Origin: Eledone cirrhosa
Lineage: Eukaryota
Assembly: GCA_964016885.1 (NCBI GenBank)
Contig: OZ024744.1
Span: forward strand, 108,562,001-108,626,000
Length of the DNA stretch: 64,000 nucleotides
Direction: 5' to 3'
Shown here: positions 59,527 through 64,000 of the stretch, one piece after another
How positions within the stretch are numbered: position 1 is the first letter of the stretch
Layout: each line of letters opens with the position of its first letter
The notes under the pieces: generated by a model
Told to the model about the DNA's origin: nothing
What the model saw: only the letters and a program-made list of their open reading frames with translations
The model's database searches: none
Made by a program: the position numbers and the translations under genes

Positions 59527-61503
59527 GCCCACTTATTCCTGAGAGGGTTGTGAGGGGGCAGGGTCCTTACACACTCCCGCTAATGGGTCTTATCAGAAGC
59601 AACCATCTCCAACTGGTCTGGCTGGATCTCCAAACGAAACCAGCCAAGCACATGGATGTAATCCAACCATCTTGCTCGAGGTCTACCCCTGCGTTTCCTG
59701 CCAGTTTGTTTTGCCCGTAAAATCCTGAGACATTCTAACCGCATGTCTGTAGTATCAGAGCTGTGATCTCTCAATTCAGAGATTCTTTCCTGAGACATTC
59801 TAACCACATGTCTGTAGTATCAGAGCTGTGATCTCTCAATTCAGAGATTCTTTCCTGAGACATTCTAACCACATGTCTGTAGTATCAGAGCTGTGATCTC
59901 TCAATTCAGAGATTCTTTCCTGAGACATTCTAACCACATGTCTGTAGTATCAGAGCTGTGATCTCTCAATTCAGAGATTCTTTCCTGAGACATTCTAACC
60001 ACATGTCTGTAGTATCAGAGCTGTGATCTCTCAATTCAGAGATTCTTTCCTGAGACATTCTAACCACATGTCTGTAGTATCAGAGCTGTGATCTCTCAAT
60101 TCAGAGATTCTTTCCTGAGACATTCTAACCACATGTCTGTAGTATCAGAGCTGTGATCTCTCAATTCAGAGATTCTTTCCTGAGACATTCTAACGACATG
60201 TCTGTAGTATCGGAGCTGTGATCTCTCAATTCAGAGATTAATTCCTGAGACATTCTAACCACATGTCTGTAATATCAGAGCTGTGATCTCTCAATTTAGA
60301 GATTCTTTCCTGAGACATTCTAACGACATGTCTGTAGTATCAGAGCTGTGATCTCTCAATTTAGAGATTCTTTTCTGAGACATTCTAACCGCATGTCTGT
60401 AGTATCAGAGCTGTGATCTCTCAATTCAGAGATTCTTTCCTGAGACATTCTAACCACATGTCTGTAGTATCAGAGCTGTGATCTCTCAATTTGGAGATTC
60501 TTTCCTGAGACATTCTAACCACATGTCTGTAGTATCAGAGCTGTGATCTCTCAATTTAGAGATTCTTTCCTGAGACATTCTAACCGCATGTCTGTAGTAT
60601 CAGAACTGTGATCTCTCAATTCAGAGATTCTTTCCTGAGACATTCTAACCACATGTCTGTAGTATCAGAGCTGTGATCTCTCAATTTAGAGATTCTTTCC
60701 TGAGACATTCTAACCGCATGCCTGTAGTATCAGAGCTGTGATCTCTCAATTCAGAGATTCTTTCCTGAGACATTCTAACCACATGCCATAGTATCAGAGG
60801 TGTGATCTCTCAATTCAGAGATTCATTCCTCAGACATTCTAACCACATATCAGTATCAGAGCTGTGATCTCTCAATTCAGAGATTCTTTCCTGAGACATT
60901 CTAACGACATGTCTGTAGTATCGGAGCTGTGATCTCTCAATTTGGAGATTCTTTCCTGAGACATTCTAACCACATGTCTGTAGTATCAGAGCTGTGATCT
61001 CTCAATTTAGAGATTCTTTCCTGAGACATTCTAACCGCATGCCTGTAGTATCAGAGCTGTGATCTCTCAATTCAGAGATTCTTTCCTGAGACATTCTAAC
61101 CACATGCCATAGTATCAGAGGTGTGATCTCTCAATTCAGAGATTCATTCCTGAGACATTCTAACCACATATCAGTATCAGAGCTGTGATCTCTCAATTTG
61201 GAGATTCTTTCCTGAGCCATTCTAACCACATGTCTGTAGTATCAGAGCTGTGATCTCTCAATTCAGAGATTCTTTCCTGAGACATTCTAACCACATGTCT
61301 GTAGTATCAGAGCTGTGATCTCTCAATTTGGAGATTCTTTCCTGAGACATTCTAACCACATGTCTGTAGTATCGGAGCTGTGATCTCTCAATTTGGAGAA
61401 GTAGCATCTCCGCCTGGATTGACTGTCTCAACTCCAAATTATGCACTATATTGAGTAACGTTAGACCAAAGACCTTTCGGCTGCTTGTATTCGTGATCGT
61501 ATT
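59527..61503 (-). mobile_element. LINE family D 3' fragment containing a satellite
   Basis: Flanks match 55570-55680 and 55750-55966 in reverse. Confidence 0.85.
59724..61398. repeat. 65-bp tandem repeat (~26 units) derived from LINE coding sequence
   Basis: Unit ctgagacattctaaccacatgtctgtagtatcagagctgtgatctctcaattcagagattctttc; its reverse matches 55675-55740. Confidence 0.95.
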
Positions 61504-62287
61504 GATCTACTAAATTCGTGATCATATTGATCTACTAAATTCGCAAATTTCAAACCAACAATCCCATAATTTAAGCTGAACCACTTAGAGTCTATTATAA
61601 TAACCCACTATTATTAATTGTCAATAGACCAACTAATAACTAAATCAACATCATAATCTCCTAACCTCTCTTTCTTTCACTCTCTATCCCTAAAACTATT
61701 TCACCTCTTCCATTATATCCTATCCTATATCTCTTCACCCCTCACCTAACTTCTAATTTATTAATTTATCTTTTATATATTATTTATCATTATATTCTTT
61801 CTTCCTACTATAACCCTCTGTGATTTAACCAATACATATGTATTTATTTAATATTTTCATATTAATAGTATTTATACCCTCATCACAACTTTATACTTAC
61901 ACACCACTATAACTTTAACCACCACCACCACCACCACTATTTGCAACAATCATATTATGTTCATTTTTTCATATATACATATTTTTTTACTTATTTTTTA
62001 TCATCTTAATTGTAACTTATTTATTATTATTTATTATCTTTTTCTTTTTCTTTTTCTTTTTCTTTTTCTTTTTATTTTTATTTTTATTTTTATTTTTCTT
62101 TTTATTTTTATTTTTCTTTTTCTTTTTCTTTTTCTTTTTCTTTTTCTTTTTCTTTTTCTTTTTCTTTTTCTTTTTCTTTTTCTTTTTCTTTTTCTCTTTT
62201 TTCTTTTTTCTTTTTCTTTCTTTATTATTGGTGTTGTTATTTGAATTCTCCTCGTATATTACAAATGCCATGTGTAATACTGTTTGT

Positions 62288-62386
62288 CAGTTATTCCAGT
62301 GATTTGATTAGGCATACATGTATTTAAGATTGAGTGACAACTTCAATCTTTAGACACCCTAATCAATGAAACAATTGTTAATACTG
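62288..62386 (+). ncRNA. Degenerate hammerhead of the GAAACAAUUGUH family
   Basis: caguuauu-CCAGUGA-uugauuagg...ccuaaucaa-u-GAAAC AAUU GUU-aauacug; stems intact, core mutated. Confidence 0.55.
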
Positions 62387-62526
62387 TAAATAAAACCTTT
62401 TTTGTACTGTTGACCATGTTATTCTTCACTCTTTCACTATATATGTATGTATATATATATATATATATATAAATATAAATTAGCGAGAATCGTACTTCAG
62501 CTCAGGAATTAACGAAAATCAACGTC

Positions 62527-62619
<93 letters not shown>

Positions 62620-62620
<1 letters not shown>

Positions 62621-64000
62621 TAGCAGAAGTGCCGGCGTTGCTCGCAGTTTAATTGCTTTAAAGTACTTTTAATGATTCCACTCAATTATGAATATTGAGG
62701 CATTGAAAGTAAATACGGGTAAGTTTGAAAATATACAACAATAGCATCTACTCACCATATGCCAGGCCGGCAAGACTGCAGTGGTGCTGAATAGAGGAGT
62801 CACAACACCTCTCTGTAGACCACATTTTTTGTTCTGCCTTTGGGCGCAAGTATGAATAAGTTCTGCTTGCATCCCACTCTTGAGCATGCGACGTATAATT
62901 GGCCGTGTGAGAAGCACGGCTGGGCTAAATGCAGGCCCGCCGTTGATAGCGTTTGGCCTTGGGACTTGTTGATTGACATCGCGAAGCAAAGTTTAACGGG
63001 GAATTGAGGTCGGCGCAGAGTACAGGGGCATTCCGTACCTGATGGAGTTAATGGTATTCTGGCTATGAAGACGTTTTCTCTAGCGCCGCAGCCCGTGAGA
63101 ATTGTGGCTTCAATTACATGCGGCAGGAGGTTCTTACCACTAACCGTGTTCCGTTGCAGAGACGTGGCGGTTCCAGGTTTCTCAACAGCATCACTGGAGT
63201 CCCAACTTTGACGCGCAATTCATGAGGTGGCAGTCCAGGGAGGTCCAAGGAATTGAGGAATTCTGTTGGAAAATTGTCACCCTCATCTTTGTCCACAACT
63301 TTGTCCACAGATTTGTAGGTACGGAGGTTTCCAGGAATGCGTTGCAGAAGGTCCTCATTGATTTTTGCAACTGAGACATTTTTGGGAGCCAATATGGCTC
63401 TATCGCATAGCCAACTCGTGTTTTTGTAGTTGGTCGCCGGCAGTTAGGATTTTGTCCTCGATGTCAATGAGAGCTTTGTTGAAGAATTCGTCGCTGAGTC
63501 GTACGTCGGAATGAGGGAGTAGCAGTTGTCCTTTGTGTATGAAGTCATCGGAAAGGTCCTCTTTGTATTTGTCCCATAAGGATGCAGGGTCACTTAACTC
63601 GCATGTCTGCAGTAGCACCACAAAGAGTTGCCGAAGAGTTCGCGCTAAGCGTATTGTAGCTGCCTCCGCCAATGTCCTATTCCACTGAGTGCCATCTTCC
63701 AGTAGACCCCGTCTAAGGCAGGCTGCGTGGAATGAAGTACAAAGCTTTCCGTTGATTGTTTTCAGATCGTCGAAAGATGTCGGTCCTACTACGTCATGCA
63801 GTAGAAGGCGGAGATAAAAGCATTCCTGTTGGTTAGGAAAAATGGTGTACACTCTCCCAAGGGTAGGGGACATTTTAATGTCTGGATGTCCCTCGACGGG
63901 TTGTCCTTTCACCCTTCTTAGCCAAATTCTGTTGTCTGTGTTCCATGTGTAGTATGATGGCACCTGAGAGTAGAAGATGGTCTTGGCGAAGGGATCGTTT
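62620..64000 (-). mobile_element. Helitron 3' portion (RepHel remnant), internally deleted
   Basis: FYLRLLLH..GPTSF, AAC..RGLLED, LRQLF; PIF1-like AILAPKN, FPTEFLNSL, PVMLLRNL..LCNGTRL, QFP/VKLCFAMSINKSQGQT, FSHGQLYVACSRV, TKNVVY. GC-rich subterminal motif, then CTAG|T at 62620. Confidence 0.93.

Noticed and set aside
59161-59720. Poly-E/D, poly-S, poly-H and poly-M ORFs
   Set aside because: Trinucleotide microsatellites and a LINE tail.
59724-61398. CRISPR-like regular array
   Set aside because: No unique spacers; plain tandem repeat derived from a LINE; eukaryotic context with no cas genes.
61957-62271. Poly-K / FL ORFs
   Set aside because: (CTTTTT)n/(ATTTTT)n simple repeat.

Overview
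Gene-free, repeat-saturated animal genomic DNA; the SINE/LINE complement and (TA)n density suggest a cephalopod such as octopus (inference). 1-13.85 kb is a strand-asymmetric CA-rich minisatellite. 14.15-29.12 kb is a 27-bp AT-rich satellite with higher-order duplications and two SINEs inside it. 29.9-64 kb is a cluster of mostly decayed transposons set in (TA)n/(CAT)n/(TAA)n microsatellites: two Penelope-like elements (RT + GIY-YIG, inverted pseudo-LTRs), a near-intact R4/Dong-type RT-RLE ORF fused to a second R4-type 3' fragment, several RTE-type LINE pieces (one has spawned a 65-bp satellite), tRNA-derived SINEs and a Helitron 3' end. The most striking signal is a dense set of type I hammerhead-ribozyme motifs. 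Several lie in short near-perfect palindromes that encode the ribozyme on both strands, and several share a variant CCGAnGA core with a palindromic stem III. No host protein-coding gene is supported; most ORF-track entries are repeat artefacts.
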